This document shows positions 63,025 to 64,000 of a stretch of 64,000 bases of DNA, piece by piece. The translations under genes were made by a program, and so were the position numbers. This DNA comes from Lama guanicoe (Eukaryota), in assembly GCA_013239625.1 (NCBI GenBank), contig MU053561.1:3736283-3800282 (forward strand), in the 5' to 3' direction. The notes below the pieces were generated by a model. That model was given only the letters and a program-made list of their open reading frames with translations, ran no database searches and was not told where the DNA came from. Position 1 is the first letter of the stretch, and every line of letters begins with the position of its first letter.

Positions 63025-63051
<27 letters not shown>
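63025..63051. repeat. (TG)n microsatellite, about 13 units
   Basis: Read directly from the sequence. Confidence 0.95.
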
Positions 63052-63056
<5 letters not shown>

Positions 63057-63219
63057 TGTAGGTGAAAATCTGAAAGACAAATCACAAATTCCGGGACATA
63101 ATAAACTTTCTTCTTCTAATTACAAAAACTTCAAGTTCTGAATTTACCATTATTTTTACATTTCAAGTTCAATAATACAATTTCAAGTATACACTTTGTT
63201 TTAAATGCTTTTTTTAAAA

Positions 63220-64000
63220 AACACCATGACCAAGATAGAGTAACAGGTCTGGATTTATCCTCCCGTATGAAATAACTATCAATTCAGACAAAACATATGA
63301 AATGAGATTCAAGAAATTGGACATCAGGAAATAGAGCACAGTGCTGCCTGAAATGCCGAAGACCGACAGGGTAACCCCCATCATTGCCCCACTTTGCTGC
63401 CTAAAGAGACTTTTCAGGCTGTGGTACAGGGAGGGGAACCAAGCAGAGCCTAGTGGGCTCCCTGCTTCGAAGAGACAGAGCTAGGATTTGAGGAAGCAGA
63501 ATAACAGATGCAGATAAAAACAATTCTAGAAAAATACAGAGGCTCCCCTCAAGTATTCAGTTGTAGTGTTCAGTGCATGTGTGGGAGGAAAGAATCCCTT
63601 GAATGGATAAAAGGGAACAATACCTAGAATCATGCAAGAACATAAAAAGTACCTGTTATGACCAGCCAGGCTGCAAACCTCATAATCCATGAAGCAGTGG
63701 GTAATGTAATCAGACTGGTCTTGACTCAGTAGTGGGACATTAAAGCCCTGGATTGAATGTTTCTCTGGTTGTGCCCAACAAAGCAAGACCTGAAAGTATC
63801 CAACTGTTTCCGAGAACTCTGTGTTCCAAAGGTGAAGGATAGTTATGAAATACACAAATATGCAGCACCCAGCAAAATACAATCGCTGGGATCCTATAAA
63901 AGTTACCAAACATGTAAAGAAACAGAAGAATATGGCTCATAAGGAGGAAGAAAATCTTCCAATTGAAAGTCAGCAGAACTGACACCAATGATAGAATTAG
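63220..64000 (+). mobile_element. Probable ancient L1M 5'-region fragment, runs off the window end
   Basis: caagatagagtaacagg...ggatttatcctccc...gacaaaacatatgaaa...attggacatcagg resembles old L1M 5' ends; from memory only. Confidence 0.5.

Overview
Mammalian genomic DNA, most likely a camelid: it has two tRNA-derived SINEs of the camelid Vic-1 type and camelid-style L1 3' ends. The window holds essentially the whole VANGL1 gene (planar cell polarity protein Van Gogh-like 1) on the minus strand. A CpG-island promoter and non-coding exon 1 lie near 54.0-54.2 kb. Seven coding exons (42428-42498, 34878-35010, 30467-31074, 12972-13105, 11350-11482, 10210-10444, 6466-6726) join through GT-AG junctions into 1575 nt, encoding 524 aa that end in the PDZ-binding motif ETSV. 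A long 3' UTR runs toward the window start. Upstream is a disabled processed RPSA pseudogene (about 61961-62978, minus strand). The introns carry ordinary repeats (L1, L2, MIR, MaLR/ERV LTRs, hAT MERs). The most unusual structures are: a 1855-bp-period tandem duplication in intron 1 whose differences cluster in one 410-bp patch; a young L1 insertion with a perfect 19-bp target-site duplication (TSD); two retroposon insertions with extra 3' sequence inside their TSDs; and a few substitutions at conserved VANGL residues. I found no convincing evidence of a new biological system. Repeat family names and comparisons with human or mouse are from memory, not from a search.
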